DNA of 28,220 nt. Source: a virus (Duplodnaviria; Caudoviricetes). A program made the translations under genes and the position numbers. Below are positions 16,001-25,958 of this stretch, in pieces; the first letter of the stretch is position 1, and each line of letters begins with the position of its first letter. Under the pieces are notes generated by a model that saw only the letters and a list, made by a program, of their open reading frames with translations, did no database searches and had not been told where the DNA came from. The stretch spans positions 1 through 28,220 of IMG/VR virus record IMGVR_UViG_3300006928_000053; one strand, 5' to 3'.

Positions 16001-19000
16001 AATCCTTCAAAGCCTGTTGTTCGTTCAATTGTTTCAGATACCCCTTGTTCAAAGAAGTCTGTTCCAGTTTCTTTTTTAATTGTTTCTCTAATATTTTCTG
16101 CAACATTTTGAGCACTTTTAATTTGCTCTGATGTAGGAGCTTTCCAAGGTTCGCTAAAGAAGTGAGTAATGGCACCTGCATAGTTAATAGCTGACTTTCC
16201 AGAAGACAACGCTTCAGAGTTCCATCCTAATTTTGACATCGATGTACCTGCAGCTAACCCTTTCATGTAACTAATCATATCACGCATTAAAGGGTCGTTA
16301 GTATCTAGTTTCTTTTCCAATTGAGCAATCCCGCTTAAATTACCACGTTTATATGTGCCAAGAAATAAGTAATCTAGCATTTCTGCTTGTTTTTTACTTA
16401 ATTTATTATCTTTTCTAAATTTACGTATTGCAACATCTATTTCTGCCCTGTCAATAGTAGATGATATTTTTTCTTTAACAGTTTTCCATTCTTCAGGAAT
16501 TAAAATTTGTAACTTACTATCTTTCATCCATTTTTTAATTTCTTTAACCATTTCAGGAGTAAAAGTATTAAAGTCTACGTTGCCTGTATTTTTACGCTGA
16601 TGAGCCATCAAATAGCTTTTGTCTTTTAAACTTTCAGCAAATCTATGTAGCTTAGGAATTATTTGTAATTCTGCTTGTGACATATTACGTGCTAAATCTG
16701 ATATAACTTTAAATGTTGCCATGTCATTTATATCATTAATAAAATAATCTTCAGCTTTTAATGCTATTTCAGATAATATTCTTTCGCGTGCAGCTGTAAT
16801 ATCTTCATTATTGCCTTTTTTTGTAGCATCAATTAACTTTTTCTTAATTGTTAAACCTTTAATAGCTTCGTTAAAAACAACTTCATCTCTAGCAATTTCT
16901 CTACGTCTTTTAGGATTCCATAGGTCAAAACCAAATTCTATTTTTTCACCTTTATTAACAGTAGTTCTACTTTTATCGATAGTAAATATTGCTCTTACCA
17001 TCTCTTTACTTTCAGGAACAGAAAACGAGCTTCTACCTAATAGTTCTTTTAAATATTTATATCTAGGACTAGCTACTTCTTCATTAATACGGTTATACAT
17101 CTCTAATACAGCTTTTGCATCCATCCTGCCAATTGCATTATCACTCCAATCTAATGGATTTAACTTTTCGCCTACTTTAACTAGGAAGTTATTACGTTGT
17201 TCTAATGGTAAGTCATATACAGCTTCTCCCATAGAACGTATTTCATCCATTGTATACCGTCTACCTTCAGTATAATTTCTACCCCAATACGCTTTATTTA
17301 AGTTATTAATAGTTGCGTATTTACCCTTCTTTAAATCCCAAGCATTTAAATCTTTTAAAGTAATACCTTTTGCTTTTTTACCTGTTTTAGGATTTACTAT
17401 ATCTACGGTAAAATGAGCATTGTGTAATGTCTTAAACCAGTAATCAGGCGACTTAAGCCCTAATTCATCCATAGGGTCAGAAGAAAAGGCTACCTGGGCT
17501 CTACCTATCTCTTGAGCTAGTTTTCGCCATTTAGAGTCCTTTCTTGGCTTTATAATGACCTTATACTCTGTAGACTGATATTTACCTAACGCTTCGTTCC
17601 ATTTACCTTTTTTATATATAGTAAAATTATCACTTGTAGCTTTTTCACTTTGTCCACCACCTAACATAGCATGTAATTGTTGCATCATTTGTTTAGGCAC
17701 TACAGCACTACTTCCCATCTGAGCCCTACCTCTACTAGCCGCTTCTGATATTCTATTACGTTCATGTAATGAATACATAGCACCTCTAGAGTTAAGTAAT
17801 TTACGCTCTTCAGGTTTAAATTCTTTTGTCGTAGTAAGTAAATCTTGATACGTTTTAATTTTTGGGTCTAATCCTAATTCTTTTCTTAATTCGGCAGGAA
17901 TTTCTGACATTTTATTGTCACCAACATATCGTTTACCATTTTTAGTATAATAAAATTCTTCTTTATTAGCTTCAAATCCTTCACGCCATGCTTTTTTAAA
18001 TCCTTTTTTCTCGCCACCAAAATAAATATGTGCCTCATCACCATCTAAATCAGCTCCACCTAGCGCTCTCATAGTTCTAGAATGTAACAATGTGCCATAT
18101 CCTTCTCTACCAGTAAAGCCTCTAAAGGTTAATCCATGTGCACCAGACACAGAATCCATTGGAACACGTAATGCTAATGTTTCAAATATTTCAGGGGCAA
18201 CATCTTTATATGTACCTTTACGACCTTCCCATAGCTCGCCTAAAGTAACAATACCTTTTTTACCATATCCAGAAATTCCAGTATCTATCTTCATTTGTTT
18301 GTAACCGTTATCTAAAAAGAATAATCTATCATTAGCATTTAGTTCTTTTAATCTAGGATTAGCGCCATCTAAATCCATTTGTAAAGCTTTATCATAAGGT
18401 CTCATTCTAGCTATAGCAGAGTTAGCCATAACAGGACGTGTTGCTTCTCTTACAACAAAGTTTCTAATAACTTGCATTCTATAATTACGTACATCTTTAT
18501 CAAATAACATAGCATCAACAGAGTTTTTAGCTGATTTTGGATTTAGCTTTCTCCATTCTTTAGATGCTTTTAATTTCTTTTGATATGAAACATTTTCTGC
18601 ATTTATTTCAAACATTGCATTTTGATATTCCATTTCATTAATTTCACCTTCACGATAATCTGCTTCTAATATTTCTTTATTCTTTGTTAGCATGTAATCA
18701 TATAATCGCTCAGCAAACAAATTATTGCCAGGTCTTCTAATACCTTCTATCATTTGCTCTATACCAAGGTTTTCAATATTTTTAATAATACTATTAATCT
18801 TTTGTTTTTTACCATTAGCATCAAGTTTTAAATAATCTATATATTCTTTATTAGCTTTTGCTTCTCCAGTAAACCTGTTATCCATTAAACTATTTAGCAT
18901 ATCTTGAATAGTTTCATTTTTAAATGGAGTTTGACTATTGTTCATTAACGAGCCTAACATTTGCTTAACAGCACGTGTCCATTTAGTCATATGCACATCA

Positions 19001-22000
19001 CTTTTAACAGAATAGTTATATTTAATATGTGATAAATCTAAATCATATATTTCAGAACCTAATAAATCTAATCCTTTAGTTTTTGTTACTTTATAATCGC
19101 CCATTTTACGTAATCCTATTTGCTTTGCAGCAGAGGATTGTACAATAAAGTTAATACCAGCATCTCTCATGTATTTAGACATAGCATTTCCAGCATCATG
19201 CATCATATACTTGCCAAGCAACGCACCATATTGTGCATTAGGAGATACTATAAAAGACTTGTTTTGAACGTGATGTTCAGGCATACCAGCATCTGCATTT
19301 AAAGCACGTAATGTTCTACCCTCAGTAATAATAACACCATCAATATGCTCACCTAATTCAGTAGATTTACGTGTTATATCTGAAGAATATAACGGGTCTT
19401 TATCCATTTTATTACGTATAGATTGAGGTAAGTCTTCAGCTAATATATAACGTGCTTTACCATCAGTTAGCTTAACATTATTACCTTTTTCAGTTTTATA
19501 ATTCTTAATAAATGTAGGGTCACCTGCATACCCATTGTTTAGCCATATTTGAGAACGTTTATTAAAACCTTTAGAATTTTGTATCCAATCACCTTTACCA
19601 GAAAACATCATTTTAGCACTAGCTCTAATAGCTGTAGGAGTAGAAACGTCAAGCCCATTTAATTGTAGGTCGTATAATAGATTAGACATATACGCTTTAT
19701 CGTGAATAACTTTTAATGTTTTTTTATCAAAACCTGCTAATCTGTTATAGTCTCTTTGAAAACTTTTAAGCATTCTATTTGCATCATTAGACATGCCACC
19801 CATTTTTTGTATTTCTTTTAGCAACCCTGCCGACAATGATTCATTAGTTTTAGGATTATATTTAGCAAAATACATTCTATCTGAATCTCCACGACCACTA
19901 AATAAATAATACTCTTTTTGATTCATTTGTTTAAATATATTAGCTTTAAACTCATTAAATTGTCTTTGAGCTAAAGCTCTAGCTAGCTCTGGAGACTTGC
20001 CTTTAAATCTTAAATCACGTTCTATCTTATCTTGATATCGCATCATTTCCATATCCACTGTTCTACCGTCTTTATCTTTTAACGTAATATGGTCTGCAAT
20101 AGCTATAGGCCTATCCGACTTGCCACCTGCTTTTTTATAAATTTCTTGAATTAATTTTAATGGCTCATAATTCCTTTTAGGAACTCCTGAAGATGTATAT
20201 GGAACAGATACTTCTCCATCTTTACCTCTTTTAAGTAAAAAGTTTACATTTCCATCTTTAATACCAATATACTCTACTTGTGCATCTAATATTTGCCTTG
20301 ACATCCACTGTCGTAATTGGCCTTTAGCCTCTGTGTTAAGAGTTATATCAACATTATTCTTTTTAGCATATGACTTTACCCAACTTACTAATTCTTCAGA
20401 ACGGTTAATTTTGTCAACCCTTGCTAAATCAGATAACTCTGCCATTTTAAATACTAATTGCCCTGCTATTTGATTTTTTCTAGCTCCAGGAGACAGCGCA
20501 GTATCATACATGCTTTCTAAATGCTTGCCAACAAACTGAACTGCAGTGATAGTCGGCTGCATTGTAATACCAGGACTAGTGTCACCTGTATTCGCTTCTT
20601 CTACAAAAGGCTTAGCCATTAACACTTTGCCATCAACTTTATCTACAAATGAAATATCACGTGTTCCTGTATATATCTTTAATTCTTTTTCTAATTCACC
20701 AAGTTCTAAATATAAATCGCTAATATCAGTTTCTAATTTAATACGTTCAATAGTCTTCTCTTTAACCTTAGCTATTTGTTCTCCAACAACTAAATCAGTT
20801 AATTGAGCTTCGCCTAGTTCAATAGTCTCTTCAATATCTTCTACTCGTTTTTTAGTATTTTCAATAGTAGTTTCAAGTAATTGTTCACCTCGTTCTTTTG
20901 CGCTTTTGATTTCTGCAGCTTCTTTCTTAGTAGGAGCTACTTCTACACCTTCAAAATGCCTATTTAAGAACGATTCCATAGCATTCTCGCCACTTTTACT
21001 GATTTCTCGACTTCCTATACCAGCCCAGTTTTTTGGGGGCTTAGGAGGCTCAACAACTTCTTCGAATCTTCCTAGTGTACGATTGTATTTATGCCATCTA
21101 TTTGTAATTGCTCCTTGATGTTTATCTTTAGAACTGTTATCAAATACGTAAACATCTTTTTTATTACGTATAGCCATATCAACACCCCAACCAGTACCAC
21201 CATCAACAGCTTTCATAGTTAGTTTACCTTGACGCAGAATAGGTGCTACAGCATATACAGCATCTGTGTTATTTACAATAGACCAATTACGCCTAATTAA
21301 ATTATATACGTATTCAGACATTTTATCTACAGGCCTATCTAAGCTTTCGCTTGACTTAGCAACTTCTGTATTTGCTCTTTCTAATTCTACTTCACTTAAC
21401 TTTCTTGGCAATCCTTTGTTAAGCATAGCTTGTGCTTGATGTTTACCAAATGTAAAGTTAAATACAGGTATTCCTAATTTAGACGCTGCATTAGCCCATG
21501 CCCTATCAGCACCCTCAGCGCCACCACTAGCCATACGTGTTATAAACCTATCTAAAAAACCTTTTTTATAACGTAATACAGGCTCTCCTGCTGCGCCTAT
21601 TACTTGCTCTACTTCATAACCTTCTATTTCTGCAGGAATATCTTCTAAGTTTTTAGGTTTAATATCTTTCCCAAGCATAGCATTCATCAATGCTCTTTCT
21701 TCAGGAGTTGCATAGCCCTTAAAATCAGTACCAGGAATACCTTTAGAGGCATATTGTTTTGTTAGTTTTTGTACTTCAGGAGGCAATTCTGCAAATTCAG
21801 GATGTAATTCAGGCAACATTTTTTCTTGCATTTCAGGATTAGTTTTAGCCAACTCTTCCATCTTGCCTAACATTTTACGTGCTCCCTTTTCAGTCCATGG
21901 ACGTTCTGACTTTCCAAAGTAAGCACCCATCACGTATTCATATATTTGTTCTGGAGTAGTAGCGCCTCTCATAGTAGATGGTAAACCCATAAACAACGAA

Positions 22001-22773
22001 CCTGAAATACCACGTATAACTTTATTAGATGCTTCAGAACCTGTTAATGCTAAATTACCAATAGACCTAAACACTCCTCCAGCCATAGCTCCATGTGTAA
22101 ATGAATGCATCATTTCATCTACACCACCCTGCCATGACGATATAGCAGAAGCAGCTCCTAAATGAAATGCTCCTTCCATAATATGACGTGCTTGATTACC
22201 TGTTAAAAATCCCATAACATCTTGGGCTGCACCAGCGTGTCCAGTAGATGCCATTTTAAATACAGGTTTTGCAATTTCTTTTGCTTTTGTAGTAAGAAAT
22301 TTAGCTCCTGCCATAGGAACTGATTTATCATTTAATGCTGCGGCTGTTTTTGCTAACTTAGATAATCCAACAGAACCTGTTAATTTATAACCAAAGTTAA
22401 ATGGAGTAGCCATAATACCAGGAGCAAATCCTGCAAGATGTCCTAAGTTTCTAAATATTTGTTCGTATTCATTATCTGCAGGCTCCATAAGATTTAACGT
22501 GGTAAATCCTTCAAAGAATCCAGCGCCTGCTTGTTTAAATGCATCAACTAAATCAAACTCACCTTCATAAAAAGGTAAATTGTGATGAGCGGCATGTTGT
22601 CTAATATTATTTAAATCAGAAGATGTAAAAAATTCAGGACTACTATTATATTGTTTAATAGCATCACGTGTTTGTGTATTGTCCCACGTAGGTTGGAATT
22701 GTTGTTCCTGACCAACAGCAGTTTGCTCCTCTGGCTGTGGCTGTCCCACATTATATGGGGTAAATAATGACAT
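13030..22773 (-). CDS. Giant (3247 aa) virion-type polyprotein containing a two-barrel DNA-dependent RNA polymerase and a SLOG domain
   Basis: LRVP followed by GGADLDGDE (DxDGD at aa 1575-1579, nt 18037-18051). Upstream HIDG...NK...GKY...SAAK may be second-barrel motifs. SGGAEGAD...RN...GGT...AGIGSR marks the SLOG domain. GGAGGAG SD; lies downstream of tail/ejection genes. Confidence 0.85.
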   Translation of the reverse strand: MSLFTPYNVGQPQPEEQTAVGQEQQFQPTWDNTQTRDAIKQYNSSPEFFTSSDLNNIRQHAAHHNLPFYEGEFDLVDAFKQAGAGFFEGFTTLNLMEPADNEYEQIFRNLGHLAGFAPGIMATPFNFGYKLTGSVGLSKLAKTAAALNDKSVPMAGAKFLTTKAKEIAKPVFKMASTGHAGAAQDVMGFLTGNQARHIMEGAFHLGAASAISSWQGGVDEMMHSFTHGAMAGGVFRSIGNLALTGSEASNKVIRGISGSLFMGLPSTMRGATTPEQIYEYVMGAYFGKSERPWTEKGARKMLGKMEELAKTNPEMQEKMLPELHPEFAELPPEVQKLTKQYASKGIPGTDFKGYATPEERALMNAMLGKDIKPKNLEDIPAEIEGYEVEQVIGAAGEPVLRYKKGFLDRFITRMASGGAEGADRAWANAASKLGIPVFNFTFGKHQAQAMLNKGLPRKLSEVELERANTEVAKSSESLDRPVDKMSEYVYNLIRRNWSIVNNTDAVYAVAPILRQGKLTMKAVDGGTGWGVDMAIRNKKDVYVFDNSSKDKHQGAITNRWHKYNRTLGRFEEVVEPPKPPKNWAGIGSREISKSGENAMESFLNRHFEGVEVAPTKKEAAEIKSAKERGEQLLETTIENTKKRVEDIEETIELGEAQLTDLVVGEQIAKVKEKTIERIKLETDISDLYLELGELEKELKIYTGTRDISFVDKVDGKVLMAKPFVEEANTGDTSPGITMQPTITAVQFVGKHLESMYDTALSPGARKNQIAGQLVFKMAELSDLARVDKINRSEELVSWVKSYAKKNNVDITLNTEAKGQLRQWMSRQILDAQVEYIGIKDGNVNFLLKRGKDGEVSVPYTSSGVPKRNYEPLKLIQEIYKKAGGKSDRPIAIADHITLKDKDGRTVDMEMMRYQDKIERDLRFKGKSPELARALAQRQFNEFKANIFKQMNQKEYYLFSGRGDSDRMYFAKYNPKTNESLSAGLLKEIQKMGGMSNDANRMLKSFQRDYNRLAGFDKKTLKVIHDKAYMSNLLYDLQLNGLDVSTPTAIRASAKMMFSGKGDWIQNSKGFNKRSQIWLNNGYAGDPTFIKNYKTEKGNNVKLTDGKARYILAEDLPQSIRNKMDKDPLYSSDITRKSTELGEHIDGVIITEGRTLRALNADAGMPEHHVQNKSFIVSPNAQYGALLGKYMMHDAGNAMSKYMRDAGINFIVQSSAAKQIGLRKMGDYKVTKTKGLDLLGSEIYDLDLSHIKYNYSVKSDVHMTKWTRAVKQMLGSLMNNSQTPFKNETIQDMLNSLMDNRFTGEAKANKEYIDYLKLDANGKKQKINSIIKNIENLGIEQMIEGIRRPGNNLFAERLYDYMLTKNKEILEADYREGEINEMEYQNAMFEINAENVSYQKKLKASKEWRKLNPKSAKNSVDAMLFDKDVRNYRMQVIRNFVVREATRPVMANSAIARMRPYDKALQMDLDGANPRLKELNANDRLFFLDNGYKQMKIDTGISGYGKKGIVTLGELWEGRKGTYKDVAPEIFETLALRVPMDSVSGAHGLTFRGFTGREGYGTLLHSRTMRALGGADLDGDEAHIYFGGEKKGFKKAWREGFEANKEEFYYTKNGKRYVGDNKMSEIPAELRKELGLDPKIKTYQDLLTTTKEFKPEERKLLNSRGAMYSLHERNRISEAASRGRAQMGSSAVVPKQMMQQLHAMLGGGQSEKATSDNFTIYKKGKWNEALGKYQSTEYKVIIKPRKDSKWRKLAQEIGRAQVAFSSDPMDELGLKSPDYWFKTLHNAHFTVDIVNPKTGKKAKGITLKDLNAWDLKKGKYATINNLNKAYWGRNYTEGRRYTMDEIRSMGEAVYDLPLEQRNNFLVKVGEKLNPLDWSDNAIGRMDAKAVLEMYNRINEEVASPRYKYLKELLGRSSFSVPESKEMVRAIFTIDKSRTTVNKGEKIEFGFDLWNPKRRREIARDEVVFNEAIKGLTIKKKLIDATKKGNNEDITAARERILSEIALKAEDYFINDINDMATFKVISDLARNMSQAELQIIPKLHRFAESLKDKSYLMAHQRKNTGNVDFNTFTPEMVKEIKKWMKDSKLQILIPEEWKTVKEKISSTIDRAEIDVAIRKFRKDNKLSKKQAEMLDYLFLGTYKRGNLSGIAQLEKKLDTNDPLMRDMISYMKGLAAGTSMSKLGWNSEALSSGKSAINYAGAITHFFSEPWKAPTSEQIKSAQNVAENIRETIKKETGTDFFEQGVSETIERTTGFEGLKEGVELNDLSPTLRAPVTKLLSYIKGENQKFQQEFNGVVRSLLGKDINVLNLNDYNILNRWFKDVKTGTIWQQIWGKDSPTELAKRHYWLFPKTINKELMKDDIRLMEENGLYLAQGGRILTGKVMRPTQYVDMVQRWIARTMDGASETGDAYVKLLKEKLLFSNSIKDGETLRQIAVREREYKGWESLKSLSVEDKIHLVEYRDRYNDVLKFHGEKLNKTYQVQIEGKRVELTGREIVDRINKEYTSYFEEMHKFIRGEENWLEKNKMIKGYYGGDKKSPIIDNKRFSKFLLDSWRKGENVTTKIGVDNLRVLSRSLMIDMAKGTPEYAQALKSKPIEPTGKWRGSFDYYFPHMHFNKKMAGEGMKRLMKKIYETPLSEFDADPKKARAKRDNEVKKVIYKNHTLTGDWQFKEVEDWANHDRIMDEIAESRAAKKEQVKWPVDLTKAGNMNSRISHIPGWSIDASAPEAYSRAIVNTYYRQLSQILSRNIMQEMYGKMKPIWGEKQAVAWQKFMQLYVQDAIGNPTVIPETYLNDPTMKLRGTPYAWWADSNVEKRINKALDAFGIGNKDLPKEMRGVDMQQLRHWSNLEGQFEMAALLAHPKSAITNVFGGTMHTVESAGWTNWRNSRNIEWLRQNINSKWKSMEDVMEFVIESGVYPEYMIYEAGLNKEIRQGKNREFIEDVAKKLARQPEMSETSLKEIAKQYGVKDKITQFAAKFMTVPEKMIRRDAFMAHYIQAWQRYGGAIKDPKHPFLVEQAKKGVQATQFLYSAPFRPAFARTALGKVMTRFQLWSWNSVRFRNDVYRQAKIYGLRPGSEAFDRYARTMQIDMFTFALANMFAYSIFETALPAPYNWMQDTADWVFGNEKERDRAFFGQWPKQLAPLQMVTPPILRLLPTSMRAMVDDDWSKISKYYIWTMFPFGRVARDLVGPGNLVDNPIRIMEKTSGFPLLQLQRKGTGLQAEIESGERELPPTPGGGLSPFGFNDE

Positions 22774-22782
22774 TACTCCTCC

Positions 22783-24123
22783 TTATCGGTTAGCTTTTTG
22801 CCAATCACTCATTGCATTTTTAATTTCTATCATACTCATACCCATGCCCATAATAGCTCCAATTACATCTCCCATTGGTAAAGTAGGTCCATCAGCCATT
22901 GCAGCCAATCCAACTTTACCAGCAATTGTAGGCGCTGATTGTGCTAAACGTTTTAAAACATATTTACCCATTGACATGCCAGCTGCACTAGCACCAATAC
23001 CTTTACCAACAGCAGCTCCTTCGTCGCCTCCAACAAATCCGCCAATTGCACCGCCAGCTGTACTTGCTAATCCAGGAACCATACCACGTAATAAACCTGG
23101 TGACTGAGGCATAAACTTATTTGCTTTTATTTTAGATGTAAAAGTTCCTTCTTTTAATGCTGTTTGATAGCTTTTAATACCTTTGCTTTGTAAGGTATTA
23201 CGCTTAGACTCTGCTTCTTTTAATATATCTTGAGCAGCCCTAACGTTTTTAGCTTTACCTTTATAGCTTTTTTTAGCTTTTTCATCTTGTAGCATTTTTC
23301 TTGCTTCAGAAACTTCATTTCTTGCTTCTGACATATCATTATTATAAAGAAGTCTAGCTTGTTCAATAACACTTTGCGAAGGGGTGTTTGCCATTTGATA
23401 TCCTGCATAAGCCAGTCCTGGAGAAGCAGCTGCTGCAGTTAATGTTGCACTAGTAGCAATAGGGCTATCTGACATACGTCCAAATAGACCTCTGCTTTTC
23501 TTAGGCTGAAATCCTGCATAAAACTGTTGCGACTCAGGACCAGTATAATTCATTAAGTTATTAATATTTTGACTAAAAATTGGATTTTCAGTTAATAATT
23601 CTTCAATATCGCTAGTGCCATAACCTTGCGCAGTTAACTTTTTAATTTCACCTTGTAATCTTGCGTCACGTGATTGTACTAAGCTTATCCAATTTTGGTT
23701 AAATAAATTATAATCACCACTAGTAATAGATTTACCACCCTTAGTAGCTATATTTTTATATTGTGTCCATGCTTCTGCATGTGTAGGCATTACTGTTTTA
23801 CCTGTCCAATTTAAATAGCCGCCTGCACTTTCAATAACGCCTTCATCTAACATAAGATTGTTAAAATAATCAGTAATTTCTAAATTATCATAACCAGCAG
23901 CATCCATGCCCATTTGCTTCTTTTGCATTTCCATTTTAAAAAGTTGTTCACTTTGGTTAAGTGTACTTTGGTCTTTCTGCATTTGAAATTGTTGTTGCAA
24001 TCTGTTTTCTTGAGATTGTCTCAAATCATTTTGATTACGTAATTCACTAGCTCTCATTAACAAGTCTGGTATACTTGCTAACGCTGCTGATACTGGTGAT
24101 TCTTTAATTTCTATTGTTGCCAT
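22783..24123 (-). CDS. Putative internal virion / ejection protein
   Basis: Gln-rich coiled-coil N-terminus, Gly/Ala-rich hydrophobic C-terminus; immediately upstream of the RNAP gene. Confidence 0.55.
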   Translation of the reverse strand: MATIEIKESPVSAALASIPDLLMRASELRNQNDLRQSQENRLQQQFQMQKDQSTLNQSEQLFKMEMQKKQMGMDAAGYDNLEITDYFNNLMLDEGVIESAGGYLNWTGKTVMPTHAEAWTQYKNIATKGGKSITSGDYNLFNQNWISLVQSRDARLQGEIKKLTAQGYGTSDIEELLTENPIFSQNINNLMNYTGPESQQFYAGFQPKKSRGLFGRMSDSPIATSATLTAAAASPGLAYAGYQMANTPSQSVIEQARLLYNNDMSEARNEVSEARKMLQDEKAKKSYKGKAKNVRAAQDILKEAESKRNTLQSKGIKSYQTALKEGTFTSKIKANKFMPQSPGLLRGMVPGLASTAGGAIGGFVGGDEGAAVGKGIGASAAGMSMGKYVLKRLAQSAPTIAGKVGLAAMADGPTLPMGDVIGAIMGMGMSMIEIKNAMSDWQKANR

Positions 24124-24137
24124 AATAAATCCTTAAT

Positions 24138-25064
24138 TTATAAATTGCCTGCCATTTTTGCTAATCTATTTACCCATTGGTTGCTATAATCATCACGTAA
24201 ACTTTCTTTTGTATCTTGGAAACCTTCCCATACATTTTGAGTCGCACCTGTTACTTTTTCAAAAATGTTTTTTCTATTTCTATCTATAGTAGGCTGACCA
24301 GTAGTTGCATATCCTCTACGTGATTGAGCTTGCTGGTTTTGCTGTGTTAAGCCCAACAATGAAGTTGTTGCTTCTGTACCATAATCAGATAAAGTATCAT
24401 GCGCTTTATCTCTTGCTTTTAACTCATCAGCTTCATCATACTCGCCCATCATAGCTACTTGAGCATCAATATTTTTATTACTCCATTCAAAGTCAGATTC
24501 AAATTTCATAACATCACCAAATATTCTTTTCTTCTCTTCTTCGCTCATTGATGCAAAATCTAAATCTTTACCATGTAAATCAGCTAAACCTGCAGTTCTA
24601 TTTGGGTTATCTATATAACCTTGTTTAAGTCCCGCAACATGTTTAGCTTTTTTTTCTGCAGCTATTGCACCAGCATCTTTTCCAAATATACCCCAATGAC
24701 CTTTACTAGGTCTCCACACAGTGTCTTTATTGTTTGCTGCTATACTTGTTAATATCCCAGTACCTGCTCCGCCAGCAATAGATGCGGTTAAGCCCCATCC
24801 TACAGGGTTTGATAATAATAAACCTGTTCCTACTCCAGTTGCAAGACCGCCTAAAGTTGAGCCCCAACTATATTCAGGTAAACCAGTAGATGGATTAATA
24901 GTACCACTACCTATTGTTTGCGTGGTAGCTTCTCCTAGTTCTCCATAATTATCAATTAAGTATGCTTCGGCAGTATTAACGTGAGACAATTTATTATCTA
25001 CATAACGTAATTCTGTATCTCCGTTTCTACCTTGTTTTGCTATATAATCATTTAATATCGACAT
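24138..25064 (-). CDS. Putative ejection/pilot protein with GRxGDT...GSGTINPxTGLPE N-terminal module
   Basis: GRNGDTEL...HVNTAEA...GSGTINPSTGLPEY followed by a Gly-rich hydrophobic segment. Confidence 0.6.
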   Translation of the reverse strand: MSILNDYIAKQGRNGDTELRYVDNKLSHVNTAEAYLIDNYGELGEATTQTIGSGTINPSTGLPEYSWGSTLGGLATGVGTGLLLSNPVGWGLTASIAGGAGTGILTSIAANNKDTVWRPSKGHWGIFGKDAGAIAAEKKAKHVAGLKQGYIDNPNRTAGLADLHGKDLDFASMSEEEKKRIFGDVMKFESDFEWSNKNIDAQVAMMGEYDEADELKARDKAHDTLSDYGTEATTSLLGLTQQNQQAQSRRGYATTGQPTIDRNRKNIFEKVTGATQNVWEGFQDTKESLRDDYSNQWVNRLAKMAGNL

Positions 25065-25071
25065 AATTTTC

Positions 25072-25956
25072 CTATATAATTGGTGGCATGTATTGTTGAT
25101 GTATATTGCCTTGCGAACTTTCAGGCAATCCAGGTAAATTTAATAATTGTTGATTCAATAACGGATTAGAGCTAGGAGCTACACCGCTAGTTCCAACATT
25201 TAACCCACCTAGGTTTGGTACGTAATTTAAAAGACTACGATTAGTAAGTATTGACTGTCCTAATTGAGTGCCTCCTCCAGTAGCTGTAGAAATAGGAGCT
25301 ATTACACCTCCAACGTTTACAGCAGGTGGAATAGCTAAATTAACTGGAGCAGAACTTAATCTTGGGACACCTGCAGATAATATATTTTGACCTGCTGCTT
25401 TACCTCCGCCAGAAACTATTTGACTTGGCATTGAAGCCCACGGTTTATAAGCTGATGATACAGATGGTGTATTTAATGTAACGCCTAAAGATGGGTCTGC
25501 TTTTACTTTATCTGCCATGCTTTGTAAACCTAATGGATTTTTTAAATGAGCTGCATATTTATCTGCACCCATTGATATTGCACTAGCGCCTGCAGTTGCT
25601 GCTGATGTTATTCCAGATGTTAAAGAGTTTTCTTTTAACATATTCATTACGTCTCTACCTTTAGACTGTAAATATTCAGTTTCAGGCATATTAGTGCCTT
25701 TTCTGCCTATTTCAGAACCTGCATAAGAACCTATTCCTGCACCAGCTATAGAAGCCATAGCAGCTAATCCAGGACCAACGCCTGGTATCAAACTTAATAA
25801 CGCAGGTACGCCGTATTGCCCTAGTAAACCACCTAGCATTCCCCCAAAAGATTGATTGCTTTTTGCATCTGAACCTGCTTGTCCAATCTGTTCAGCACTC
25901 TTGTCAATCCGTTGTTGTAAAATTGTATCAAATAAATCTATGTTACCATTGGCCAT
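25072..25956 (-). CDS. Gly/Ala/Pro-rich putative ejection protein
   Basis: GGMLGGLLG...IPGVGPGLAAMASIAGAGIGSYAG membrane-active-type segment and a low-complexity C-terminus. Confidence 0.55.
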   Translation of the reverse strand: MANGNIDLFDTILQQRIDKSAEQIGQAGSDAKSNQSFGGMLGGLLGQYGVPALLSLIPGVGPGLAAMASIAGAGIGSYAGSEIGRKGTNMPETEYLQSKGRDVMNMLKENSLTSGITSAATAGASAISMGADKYAAHLKNPLGLQSMADKVKADPSLGVTLNTPSVSSAYKPWASMPSQIVSGGGKAAGQNILSAGVPRLSSAPVNLAIPPAVNVGGVIAPISTATGGGTQLGQSILTNRSLLNYVPNLGGLNVGTSGVAPSSNPLLNQQLLNLPGLPESSQGNIHQQYMPPII

Positions 25957-25958
25957 CT

